A program made the position numbers and the translations under genes. From contig CM059430.1 in assembly GCA_030390025.1 (NCBI GenBank), positions 32,736,001 through 32,800,000 of the forward strand: a stretch of 64,000 nucleotides of DNA, written 5' to 3'. The notes below the pieces were generated by a model that worked only from the letters and a program-made list of their open reading frames with translations, did not search any database and had not been told where the DNA came from. The DNA is from Squalus acanthias (lineage: Eukaryota). Below are positions 38,774-51,602 of the stretch, in pieces (positions within the stretch are counted from its first letter, which is position 1; each line of letters starts with the position of its first letter).

Positions 38774-41307
38774 TGGGTTTAATTAATGGTTTAATTCCAT
38801 TTAGATAACTTCTTTGTTTAAGTTTACTAAATAAATTAGGAATTTAAAAATAATACACTTTTTATTCACACTTTTCTGCTCATTTTTGTCCTTTTAACCA
38901 TGAAATAATTCAACCTTTGTATTCAAGTGTGATGTAACTTCATGTAATTAATATAACAGTGGAAGATTTTACCTGCATAATAACAGTCACTCCACTTCAA
39001 AAGTACCACATTGTGTGAGGCACATAAGATGTTGTAGTGTAATAAGGTACTAAATAAATGCAGATATTGTTGTATTCTAAGAGTAGTGACTCAGGAATCT
39101 GATTACTCATGACAAATGCTGTTGGATTCATAAGCCCTACGTACACCGAAAAAGACAAAATGTGGAAAATTCTGCTGAACTATCAGGGATCAGTGTCAAC
39201 AAATGTTGGATTAACAAGTCATCACTGGATTTGCTTGAACAAAACAAGTTGGTTTGATTTGGTCTGAAGCGATGTGCCTGTCTTCACTCTGGTCACAATG
39301 GAATTGCAGGTTCCTTGGAGATATGCCGTTTTTGAATGAGGCTCTGAGAACACTATTTTTAACCACGCACTCAATTCTTTAACTGCCAAACAGCCTATTT
39401 TTACATTTCACAAACATTTGCCTAATCACACCTTCTTTACTTCAATTAGATTCATTCTTCCCCTGCATTAGCTGCTCCATAAAGCCATTCATGTCAATTG
39501 CTGTAAAGGTAACTTAAGTAATGCATTCTCTTAATATAATAAATGGTTTATTAAAAAAAAAATTGGTATTACTTATTGAGAGCAAACAATTCAATTCAAT
39601 TCAAATCATTCAATTAATCGCTATTTAAGCTATCTCTATAAAATCATGATTTTAATAGTTTTGGTACCTCTGCTCCAGCAGTAACTAAAAGGACACTGAA
39701 ATATCTAAATGCTGGTCTTATTGAATGAATGACTGTCTGTAAGGTCCAATTACCAGCCCCCTGGATAGAGAGACAATATCCATCAGGCTTCCAATTACTG
39801 TAAATTGGTCAGAAATGTGTCAATAACAAGTAATCTGCCTCTGCATAGCATCCTGATCCCTCCTCCAACCTAATAATGACCACTTGCTTGTTTACAGTCA
39901 CCAGAATACATTCCTAAAGGTGTTCCTGAATGGCTGTTAGTTCAGCAGCTACCATTTTGGAAAAACGTCTTTTCTCCAAACCTAAAAATGTTCTTTTTGT
40001 TTCTTCCAGGCATGACAATATCATATGTGTCGATTCTTCTGGAATTATGTGAATTCACTGCCTACAAACCAAGATATAGGAGAAGAGCTATTGTTCAGTT
40101 CAATATCAGCCAATACACACCAAGCTAGGACAATGCTGTTGACCAAAACAATCTGAGTTGGTGTGTTGTAGGTGTAATTTCATGCTATTCTGGAAATGAG
40201 TTTGATGCATTCTTCCCCAGTACAAAAATTGGTTCCCTTTTGTTTCATGGCTTAATGGGGCTCCACTACTTCTACATAACAATCTTTTGAATTTCATTTA
40301 TTCAGTTGTTACAGAGAGTGAAATTTCACTCGCATTCTTAATACACAAACAGAAGGACAACAGCTCTGGTTCAAATCAAATTTCCTTCAAACAGAAAGAA
40401 AATACCTGCAACATATTAACACTCATGATCGATTTCCCGTTAGAAAACAATGGGCACTGCACAAAGAATATAATTAGGGTTCTGTGAAGCACTTAAATGA
40501 ATATTTTATATGTATATTTCTGTCAAGTGAATTGAAAATAAAATACCATTTCCTTTTACTTATATCCAATTGTATTTCTTCCTTTCACACAACAACGTTT
40601 AGCTGAAAATTGCTGCAACACGAATAATATCTTCAAATGTATTTTGCAAGATTACAAATTTACTGCATTTATTGCAAAAACAGTCATTCTTCCTTACAGC
40701 CTCTAGGACTGTAGTGAAAAGTATTTCTGATATGCTACCAAAATAAGGCCTATTAAAACTATGATAATAATATTACTTTATTATTTATAAGTCTTTTAAT
40801 TGCAGTTGAATGAATACCAGCGAGGCTGCTGTGAGTTCAATATGAATACTTCTTTGGTAAATGATCCCAGCTACATAACATCAGATAGCTCCATTCAGAT
40901 CAGGCTGCAGGATCTTTGAATGCAGTTCCTGATGTGGAAAATAAAACCTGGGGAAAGAATTTCTTTATTTTTGAAACTAGATTTTAATATTTGTCTTTCA
41001 AGTTCTAAAGTTCCAATGACGTAGATTTAGTAAATTATTCCCTAGAAGTGGTGTTAAAGAATATCCATGCTTTACATCCTTGTCATAACCAACTTCATTG
41101 CATGCCAGATGTCTACTATGGATAAATGTATATTCAGTTTTGAATTTGGAAAGTTGAAGAATTCAGGTCCTTGGGATTAAAATGTCACTGTAAGGAGGGA
41201 GAAACTTTGCTATGGAATGCGACACATATCTATACCAGCACCAGACCACCAGACATCAGTCACGATCTATCTCCTAATAGTCCAAACTCTCAGGGATCGG
41301 ACACATA

Positions 41308-42015
41308 GGGAAGACTTGCAGTTTGGGTGGCAGATGGGGCACGATATCGGCAATGCGCCTGCGACGCCCGCCCAATGCGGCAGTCGGGAGGTCCGAACTA
41401 CTTCCAGTTTTGGGCCACATTAACATTTTGTGGACGGGCTACGGGCACCAAATGGACGTACCACTGCTGCTCGCTGGTTTCCTGCACCGGAAAATCGGCC
41501 GGTTACTGCACACATCTAATCGGCAGGTAAGGTCTGTTGGGGTGGGGTGGCGGTAGCGGATGCTGGGTGGGGGCAAGAACAGGCTGGCAGTGGGCTGGAA
41601 GATTTTTGTGGGGTCCAGAGAAGCACTCCTGCTCCTCCTGGCTCCACAAAAGTCTTTTAAAAAAAAAACTAAAATCATACCTTTTTGGAGAGGCCTGCAG
41701 CAGTCCCTTTAAAGAATTGCCAGTTAGGCCTCTCAATGCTTCGAGAAAATGGCACTGGCATGCTCCGGCATACGCTGCCCATTTTTTCTTTCAAAGTTGT
41801 AATTAGGGTCCTATAACAGATGTAGGACCCCGATGTGTATAACAAAACAGCCTCCCGCCTGTTTTGGGTAGGAACATTGGGCGCCCATTTAAAAGCCTGC
41901 CTGAAAGTTGATTCAGGTGGGCAGATGGGTGCACAAGGTCTCCACCAGACTGTTAACTGCCAGTTGCTCATTATCCAGGCGAGAAATGGGCGACCAGCAA
42001 TTGAAATTCTCTCCC
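41308..42015. mobile_element. Harbinger-like MITE (about 710 bp)
   Basis: Degenerate TIR GGGAAGACTTGCAGTT / CAATTGAAATTCTCTCCC; GC-rich island in AT-rich flanks. Confidence 0.5.
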
Positions 42016-42626
42016 ACGCCACACATACATACATACACTAGAGTGAGTTGGTAGAAACCACTCCGATCCACGACAATATCAATGCAAGTAATAACTCTTG
42101 GGGCAGACACCCATCATATTTAAACTTGTAGGTGTGACAGAAAATGACTGCATGTTATCGAAGGACATTGTCATTCTGCACATCGGCAGTACAATTGATG
42201 TTAAATAGACAAGCAAAATGCTCTTGAATATTCATTGCACCAATTCAGAAATGTCTAAAGTAATATGCATTAGACCAATTTAGACCAGTTCAAAATTAGC
42301 ACTTGCGAGTAGCTACTGATCCCTATTATTTATATGTACTATGAATATTGGTTATGTTAAATACTTTCTTATTTTGCAGCTTTAATTGAAAGCTATATTT
42401 TAAAACAAAACAGTACTTTTTAACATTTTTCTATAAATTAAAAATTGGTAAGTTTGAGATCCAAAATTTGAAATGTTCATCGTTTATATGTCATAATTTG
42501 TTGTTATTTTGTGTTACTGGTACAGTAGAATCACACAGCGACAGCCCTTAGAACTGACTTCTACCACTTTTAAAGATCTGTTGAAATCACTGACTTAGAA
42601 AGATCTTAAAGGGATGAAAGATAAAA

Positions 42627-42790
42627 GGGGTGATTTTAACCTTGTCTGCCCAACAGAAACCAGGGGCATGCAGATGAGGCCCAGGAGTTAAAATTGCCCA
42701 GGCCTAATGTTGCCGAGGTCAGGGGGCTGTGGCGCTTGCCCTGGTCCCCACCCACCCACCCGATTCCCACTCTGGGTTAAAATCAGGCCT
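42627..42790. mobile_element. Mini-MITE (about 165 bp)
   Basis: TIR GGGGTGATTTTAACC / GGTTAAAATCAGGCC; AAA on both flanks. Confidence 0.55.
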
Positions 42791-43137
42791 AAAGTGATTA
42801 GGTGCACGGTCACCATACATGTGAACATCCTTGAAACCCAGGCCGGAATTTTCATGTTCGCGTCGGGTTGGGTGCGTGCGTGCGGCATAGCGGGTCCGAA
42901 ACGTGACGTTTTCAGCTTCGCGCTGCTCAGAGCGACTTTTACCCAATGGCCCCAATTGAAAGAGTCAATTGCGGGTTTCCCGGCCCTATTAAATGTTGCG
43001 GGTCTGATGACATCATCGATGACTCGTTTCCAGCACTTATATTTAAAGCAGCCTTGCACTGAACTCACTTGAAGGTTTCCAGAGGAGGGTGGAAGGTGTG
43101 AAAGAAAGGCCACAGGAGAGATAAAACTTTTCAAACC

Positions 43138-43856
43138 TGGATAGCCAAAGGCAGAGGGCTGCACCCCGGCTCTCAGATTCTTCCTTGTGGAGGCTGCCAG
43201 AGCATGCAGGGAGGTCCTCTTCCCTGCTGACAGGCAAAGGAGGCCTCCACAAGCTACAAAGAGAGCTTGGCTGGATATAGCTGCGGAGGTCAGCAGCAGG
43301 GATGTGGTCAGGAGGACCTGGGTACAGTGCAGGAAGCGCTTCAATGATCTTATGAGGTCAGGAAAGGTGAGTGCAAAGCCACACTCACCCTCATCCTGAA
43401 GTGCCTGTCAACACATCTCCATCACTCTGCCTTCCCAAGCCTGCTCCTGCACATCATTCCTTACACCAACATACCTTGCACGTCCACCTATCCCTCTCTC
43501 TGTCTATGTACATACTCACATCGCCATCTGACTAACCACCCCTCACACTCACCCTCATCCTAAAGCAATCATAGCAAGTAACACCACAGAAGGAGGCCAT
43601 TTGACATTGGCATCCCAATCCTTCCTGAGTCACCCTCTACAGATGTAACTCATTCCATCACTCTCACTCAAACTTCTCGCCTTTCCCTCCTTGCAGGAGA
43701 AGAGAGCCCACAACAACAGGGAGAGGGAGAGAACCAGAGGTGGTCCTCCAGTGATTGCACACCTCACAGCAGCAGAGGAGGCGGCTCTGGAAATTTCAGG
43801 AGTTCGAGAGACGCTGGTGGTGGGAGACGGAGAGAGGGGCACATCCCAGCAACCTG
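43138..43856 (+). pseudogene. Harbinger Myb/SANT gene with two exons (43138-43366, 43697-43856); element left end near 42841
   Basis: KRAWLDIAAEVSS...RRTWVQCRKRFNDLMRSGK | GTGAGT intron TTGCAG | EKRAHNNRERERTRGGPP. Confidence 0.85.
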
Positions 43857-43947
43857 GTGACAGATTCACGTCTCATCAAGCCACATGGCATACAACAGGC
43901 ACCCATATGGTGACTGATGTCAGCAGCCAGTGAAATGTCATCATGTG

Positions 43948-44071
43948 TGTAATATATGTGGGTAGAACAAATGAAGGACAGAGACACGATGAGTTGCTAG
44001 TCAAGGTGCTTGTTTACTAGGTCAGAGTGAACTGAGCATGCTCATACTAAACCATGTGATAATACATTACA
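43948..44071 (-). repeat. 3' LTR (124 bp) of the Gypsy element
   Basis: TGTAAT...ATTACA termini, immediately preceded on the minus strand by the purine tract AAGGGGAAGCAG. Confidence 0.75.
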
Positions 44072-44123
44072 CTGCTTCCCCTTAAAAGAAAATGTACATA
44101 TTCCCCTCTCAAATACAACAGAA

Positions 44124-45365
44124 CTATGCTCCCACCTTTCCATGTACCACATAACAAAAACTGGCTTTTTTTTCTTTTAAATCAACTACAAATGCTACAA
44201 ATGAACTACAAATCCAGTTTAATCCAGGTTTGCGGAGCCTTCCTGATCTCCTTACAAAAGGTTTTTGTGTTGAACCAATTTTCGGGCTGTTTTGTTCTGG
44301 TTCCGAACTCAAAGATGATCCTGTTTCTATCTCAGATTTGTTTGAACCTGGTACTTCAGTTTCTGAAGTTTGAATGCACTCGAACTCATGATCAAGTGGT
44401 TCAAGATCACATCTTGGCTTATCTCTAGCAGAGATCATTTGATCTACAAGAACACTTCGGATGTTGTCACCAATTTCAACCAAATATCTATTGGTTCCAC
44501 CAACCTCTACTATGGTTCCTATATCCCACTTGTGTGAACTCGACTTGCCAGGGGGACTGGGAACACGAATACACTTGTTTTGTCTGAAACTGCATTCTTT
44601 CTGATGGCTGTCATAATAACATTTCTGACTCAACTGTTTCTGTTCAACTCGTGAGGCCAAATTTGGATGAACAAGACTCAATCGTGTTCTCAATCTCCTC
44701 TTCATCAAGAGTTCTGCTGGAGTATATCCAGTTGTAGTGTACGGAGTAGTTCTGTACTTCAGCAAGAAATTTGCCAAACGTTGCTTCATGCTGAGTCACG
44801 AACAACCCTGCAACACTTGCTTCTTGAGAGCTTCTATTACTATTTTGACTGACCTTTTGGCTGCTCCGTTTGAAGCTGGATGATATGGTGGAACGAGGGT
44901 TTGTTTGATGCCGTTCCATTTCATGAACTCTTGGAATAGAGCAGAATGGAACTGAGGGCCATTGTCAGAAACAAGCTCTTCAGGTAAACCATGACACGCG
45001 AAGATAGACCTCAACTCATCTATGGTATGTTCAGTTGTAGTATTTGAACCCATGTGTTTCACTTCAATCCACTTTGAGTGACTATCTATAAGTACCATGA
45101 AATAATCATTTGCTTTCTCACAGAAGTCTACATGTACTCTCTGAAAAGGTCTACTTGGCCATGACCAGGGTTGTAGTGGAGTTTTGGGTGATTTGTTTCT
45201 GCAATTTTGGCAAACGCTGCATTTGCTGACAAGTGATTCAAGATCGCTGTCCAATCCAGGCCAGTAAACAAAGCTTCTTGCAATTGATTTCATACTGACG
45301 ATCCCTGGATGTTCAGTATGAAGTTCAGCCAGAATTCTATCTTTTAAAGAAGTAGGTACCACCAC
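44124..45365 (-). pseudogene. Gypsy integrase
   Basis: ORFs 44796-45365 and 44124-44789 with HHCC and DDE motifs. Confidence 0.9.
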
Positions 45366-45472
45366 TCTGTTTCCCCACTTGATAAACCTTGCTCACAAGA
45401 CAATTCAGTACGACGGTTATGGAATGGTTTCAACTCTGTGTCCAGACACTGATCAGTCAAGGTGTCTTCACA

Positions 45473-47793
45473 GAATCATAAAATCATAGAAAGTTACAGC
45501 ACGGAAGGAGGCCATTTCGGCCCATCATGTCCGCGCCGGCCAACAAAGAGCTATCCAGCCTAATCCCACTTCCCAGCTCTTGGTCTGTAGCCCTGCAGGT
45601 TAGAGCATCCCAAGTGCACATCTAAGTACTTTTTAAATGTAGTTAGGGTTCCTGCCTCTACCACCCTTTCAGGCAGTAAGTTCCAGACCCCCACAACCCT
45701 CTGGGTGAAGAAATTTCCCCTCAAATCACCTCTAAACCTTCCACCAATTACTTTAAATCTGTGTCCCCTGGTTTTTGACCCCTCTGCTAAGGGAAATGGG
45801 TCCTTTCTATCCACTTTATCTATGCCCCTCATAATTTTATACACCTCATTAAGGTCTCCCCTCAGCCTCCTCTGTTCCAAGGAAAACAGACCCAGCCTAT
45901 CCAGTCTTTTCTCATAGCTAAGATTCTCTACTCCCGGCAACATCCTTGTAAATCTCCTCTGTACCCTCTCTAGTGCAATCACATCTTTCCTGTAATGTGG
46001 TGACCAGAACTGCACGCAGTACGCTAGCTGAGGCCTAACTAGTGTTTTATACAGTTGAAGCATAACCCCCCTGCTCTTGTATTCTATGCCACGGCTAATA
46101 AAGGCAAGCATTCCATATGCCTTCTTAACCACCTTATCTACCTGGCCTGCTACCTTCAGGGATCTGTGGACATGCACGCCAAGGTCCCTTTGTTCCTCTA
46201 CACTACTCAGTGTCCTACCATTAAATGTGTATTCCCTTTCCTTGGTAGCCCTCCCCAAATGCATTACCTCACACTTCTCCGGATTGAATTCCATTTGCCA
46301 CTGTTCTGCCCACCTGACCAATTTATTGATATCTTCCCGCAGTCTACAGCTTCCTTCTTCAGTATCAACCACACAGCCAATTTTAGTATCATCTGCAAAA
46401 TTCTTAATCATACCCCCTATATTCAAGTCCAGATCATTGATATATACCACAAAAAGCAAGGGACCTAGTACTGAGCCCTGCGGAACCCCACTGGAAATAG
46501 CCTTCCAGTCACAAAAGCACCCATCAACCATTACCCTCTGCTTCCTGTCTCCGAGCCAGTTTTGAATCCAACTTGACACTTTGTCCTGGATCCCATGGGC
46601 TTTTAACTTCGTGACCAGTCTTCCATGTGTAACCTTATCAAAAGCCTTCCTAAAGTCCATATAGACTACATCAAATGCACTACCCTCATCTACCCTCCTT
46701 GTTACCTCCTCAAAAAATTCAATCAAGTTTGTTAGACACGACCTTCCCTTAACAAATCCGTGCTGACTATCCTTGATTAATCCGTGTCTTTCTAATGAAG
46801 ATTTATCCTGTCCTTCAGAATTCTTTCCAATAATTTTCCCACCACCGAGGTTAGGCTGACTGGCCTGTAATTACTCGGTCTATCCTTTTCTCCCTTTTGA
46901 AACAAGGGTACCGCATTAGCAGTCCTCCAGTCCTCCGGCACCACTCCTGAAGCCAGCGAGGATTGAAAAATGATGGTCAAGGCCTCTGCTATTTCCTCTT
47001 TTGCTTCGCTTAACAGCCTGGGATACATTTAATCTGGGCCTGGGGATTTATCCACTTTTAAAGCTGCTAAACCCCTTAATACTTCCTCTCTCACTATGTT
47101 TATTTCATCTAATATTCCACACTCCTCCCCCCTGATAGCAATGTCTGCTTCGCCCCTGTCCTTTGTGAAAACAGACGCAAAGTATTCATTAAGAACCCTA
47201 CCGACATCTCCCGCCTCCACACACAGATTAACCTCATGATCTCTACTAGGCCCTACCCTTTCTTTAGTTATCCTCTTACTCTTAATATATTTATAAAACA
47301 TCTTTGGGTTTTTCTTGATTTTACTTGCCAAGAATTTTCATGCTCTCTCTTTGCTTTCCTTTTTAATTGCACCCCTGCACTTTCTGTACTCCTCTAAAGA
47401 TTCTGGAGTATTTAGCCCTGTCATACGCCTCCCTTTTTTTCTTTATCCTACCCTGTATGTCCCTAGACATCCAGGGGGCTCTAGATTTGTGAGTCCCACG
47501 TTTTTTCTTTAAGGGCACATATTTGGACTGAACGCTTCGGATCTCCTCCTTGAATGCCTCCCACTGCTCTGACACTGATTTACCTTCACAAGTAGCTGTT
47601 TCCAGTCCACTATGGCTAAATCCCCTCTGAGCTTAACAAAATTTGCTTTTCCCCAATTTAGAATTTTTATTCCTGGTCTATCCATGTCCTTTTCCATAAC
47701 TACCTTAAATCTAACAGAATTATGGTCACTAGCACCAAAATGCTCCCCCACTGATACGCCTTCTACCTGTCCAGCTTCATTCCCTAAAACTAA
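45473..47793 (-). mobile_element. CR1 LINE (5'-truncated) inserted in the Gypsy
   Basis: 388-aa ORF 45560-46726 with FADD; imperfect TSD GTGTCTTCACA / GTGTTTTCATA. Confidence 0.92.
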
Positions 47794-48000
47794 GTGTTTT
47801 CATACACTTTTTCAGTACTGAGTCCTTTTGAGTCTCATTTGCAATCTCAGTTGCATTCACAGGAATGTCTTTGTCAACTGCACCGAGCGTGAAAATCTCA
47901 CCTTCACTCCCAACACATGAGTCTTCAAGTGGCAACCTGGACAAGGCATCAGTGATTGCGTTTTGCTTTGAAGTGTGATATTCAATCGTGTAGTCATATT

Positions 48001-48752
48001 GGCCTAGAAATTCGATTCGGAGGCTTGCTGCGGGGGTAAGGATCGCGCGCTCTTACCCACCGCGCCGGCCGTTGTGTTTTGGGCCCACAGGAACTTCGGG
48101 TCCTGGGCCTCTCCCAAGAGCCGGCGCGCAGTGCTTGCGTGTTCCAGGGGCGCAGTTAGTGCGATGCGACACCTGGGATCATGTGGGCCATGGAGAGCCA
48201 ATGGCAGCAGACCATCTTTCATTCATAGATTTGACAGGAGACCTGTCAAATCTGTGAATTGAAATCAGCCCCAAAAGAACAGCTAAACCTCAAATAATTT
48301 TTTTTTAAAAACCATCACATTAATAAAATAACTATAGTTAAATAAATTAACCACTTTAAACAAAAATTTAAATAAAAAAAAAATTAAAATACTTTTTAAA
48401 AGTTATAAAAATAAACTTACCTTTCTTTAAAGTCTCTAAAAATGATAAACCTGTTGAAAAAAATTTAAAATTATACTTAATTAACTACTTACCTTGTTCA
48501 AAAGGGGCCTTACGCCTCCTTTATGCTTGCGTAGAATCTTCCATACTTACCCTCGCGTTGAAACCTGAAAAAAAAACCTAAGTGTGCTGTGTGCGCGCAG
48601 CCTCTAGTGCGCCTAGGAACCACCCCCTTCGCCATACCGGAAGTGCCGGTTTCCCGCGCATGCGCAGTGCATGCAGGAAACCGGCACTTCGGGAACGAAT
48701 ACGGGTGAGTACGCACTGAGTACTCACCCGAGAACGGCCGAATTTTTGGGCC
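48001..48752 (-). mobile_element. MITE-A copy 3
   Basis: TIR GGCCTAGAAATTCG / CGAATTTTTGGGCC; TSD ATT; interrupts Gypsy pol. Confidence 0.9.
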
Positions 48753-49626
48753 ATTGTGACAACAACACTGCCCAACATTGCATTCTTGATGCAGCCATTG
48801 CAGGGATGGCAGATTTGGGCCCCAATATTGCTAGGAGCGATTTGTGATCGGTTATCAGGGTAAACTTTCTGCCAATCAGGAACTGTTGGAATTTCTTGAT
48901 TCCAAACACTATGGCGAGTGCTTTCTTTTCAATTTGCGCGTAGTTTCTTTTGCTCTTTGTGAGGGTTCGCGATGCGAACGAGATTGGTTTCTCTTGGCCG
49001 TCATCCATTTCGTGGCTTATGACAGCTCCCACACCATAGCTAGAAGCATCACACGCTAACTTAAGCTACTTGGAGGCGGTATCAGCAGCGGCAGTACTTA
49101 AAACAACGGGAGACCAGGCAGCGTGGATCTAATTGGAGGCGGTATCAGAGGCGGCAGAACCTTCGACGATTTCAAAAAAACAAGGAGTGACGTCACAGGA
49201 CAGCAGGTAGGTGATTGGTTGGTGAGTATTAAGGGTTATTTTTTCTCTCTAAACTAGGACAGTGGTTTAAACTAGGTGCGGGAAACTACAAAGTACTGTA
49301 TTAAATTTATAGCTTAACTAGTTACACTAATTAATATAACTATAAATAATCATTGAATAAAGACTTTAACTAATTGTCTGCAAAGAGTGGGATTAAATAG
49401 AGTGGACTTGAATAGAGTGTTTTATTTGGAAAGAGTGGGAATTTGGAGAAGAGGAGGAAGGAGTTGTTGCTTTTTGCCTACACTACTTGTAGTGCTTTGT
49501 GTTATAGGTAGATATTTAATTTCAGTACCCTTAACTTAAGCTAGATCAAGTAAGTAGTCAAGAAACTACCTGTAAACTAAGTTACCTAATCACAAATTTA
49601 ATTAAATAGAACAAGGTCATATAGGG

Positions 49627-51160
49627 ATGGCAGTGCAGGTGGTGGGCCGCAACTGCAGCATGTGGGAGTTTGTGGAGAGCGTTGTGGTCCTGGACAACCA
49701 CGTTTGCAGTAAGTGCCTGCATCTTGAGGAAATTCAGCTCAGAGTTTTTGAGCTGGAGTCTGAGGTGCAGACATTGCAGGGCATCAGGGATGGGGAGAGT
49801 TACCTGGACACTTTGATCCAGGAGGCAGTTAGGTTAGGTAGTGGTACAGGTCTGGTTAGTGGTCAGGGACAGGAGGGTGTGACTGCAACTCAAGCAGGTA
49901 AGGGGACCCCAGGTGCAGTGCTGGAGGAGCCTCAGCCTTTGAGCTTGTCCAACAGGTATGAGGTTCTTGCTCCCTGTGTGGATGAGGGAAAAGCCTGCAG
50001 GATGGATGAGCAAGCTGATCATGGTACCATGGTGCAGGAGGCCATTCAAGTTGGGGGAGTGAAAGGGAATGTAGTTGTGGTAGGGGACAGTATAGTCAGG
50101 GGGATAGATACTGTTCTCTGCAGCCGCGACTGAGAGTTCCAAAGATTGTGTTGCCTGCCCGGTGCCAGAGTTAAAGACATCTCCTCGCGGCTGGAGAAGA
50201 ACATGGAGTGGGAGGGGGAGGATCCAGTTGTCATGGTCCATTAAGGAACCAATGACATAGGACCATGTACAGCAGGCACCTCAAAGCACTGCTGCCTCCG
50301 CAAGATCCTGCAAATCCATTGGCAGGATAGGCGCACCAACGTCAGTGCTCTCGCTCAGGCCAACATCCCCAGCATCGAAGCTTTGACCACGCTCGATCAG
50401 CTCCGATGGATGGGCCACATCGTCCGTATGCCTGATACGAGACTCCAAAAACAAGCTCTACTCGGAGCTCCGACACGGCAAGTGAGACCCAGATGGGCAG
50501 AGGAAACGCTTCAAGGACACCCTCAAAGCCTTCTTGAAAAAGTGCAACATCCCCACCAACACCTGGGAATCCCGGCCCAAGACCGCACAAAGTGGAGGAG
50601 AAGCATCCGGGAAGGCGCCGAACACCTCGAGTCTCTTCGCCGGGAGCAAGCGGAAGCCAAGCAGAAGGAGCGCACGTCAACCCAAGCACCCCACCCACCC
50701 GCTCCTTCAACCACCGTCTGCCCCACCTGTGACAGAGACTGTAGGTCCCGCATTGGACTCATCAGTCACCTGAGAACTCATTTTTAGTGTGGAAGCAAGT
50801 TATCCTCGGTTCCGAGGGACTGCCTAAGAAGAAGAAGAAGGTAGAACTAGGAATGAGGTTCTGCTGAGGGAGTTTAAGGAGCTAGGATCCAAATTAAAAA
50901 GTAGAACCTCAAAGGTAATAATCTCTGGATTGTTACCTGAGCCACACACAAATTGGCATAGGGACAAACAGATTAGAGTTTAAATGCATGGCTCAAAGAG
51001 TGGTGTGGGAGGAAGGGGTTTCAGTTCATGGGGCACTGGCGCCAGTACTGGGGAAAGAGGGAGCTGTTCCGTTGGGACAGGGCTCCACTTAAACTGGGCT
51101 GGGACCAGTGTCCTGGTGAACTGAATAACTAGGGCAGTAGACAGGGCTTTAAACTAATGA
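49627..51160 (+). pseudogene. CR1 ORF1 (zinc finger, coiled coil, SGNH esterase)
   Basis: CSMW..CSKC, LESEVQTL heptads, VVVGDSIVRGID; premature TGA at 50131 and an RTE insertion. Confidence 0.85.
50262..50840 (+). mobile_element. RTE-clade LINE 3' fragment
   Basis: QLRWMGHIVRMPDTRL, CPTCDRDCRSRIGLISHLRTH; (AAG)n tail. Confidence 0.88.
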
Positions 51161-51602
51161 AGGGGTTGGGGGGGGGGGGGGGGGGCGCGGGAGGATTCAG
51201 GAAAGAGTAAATTTAAAAGCAGCGAGAGAAAAGTCAAAGCTCTAGAGCAGAGTAGAGTTTTGGGTAAAAATAAGCAGAGTGGGTCAGGAAGGGAGCGAGA
51301 GTAACAAAGGTAATAAGGCATCAGTGACTAAGGTGACATCAGGGAAAAATAGAAATAAGTCAAAGCTAAAGGCACTATATCTGAATGCGTGAAGCATTCG
51401 CAACAAAATAGATGAATTAATAGTGCAGAGAGAAATTAACAAGTTTGATCTAAAAGCCATAACGGAGACGTGGTTGCAAAGTAGCCAAGGTTGGGAATTA
51501 AATATTCCAGGATACTTAACTTTTAGTAAGAGATAGGCAAAACGGAAAAGGAGGATGTGTAGCCCTGATAATAAAGGATGGGATAAAGACAGTAGAGAGA
51601 AA

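Larger units (their letters stand above)
43948..49068 (-). mobile_element. Gypsy/Ty3 LTR retrotransposon remnant (RNase H, integrase, PPT, 3' LTR)
   Basis: [14 protein letters not shown] and [15 protein letters not shown] (RNase H); HxxxHPG...CxxC, RVHVDF, SDNGPQF, YHPASNG (integrase); RNase H precedes integrase. Confidence 0.9.
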
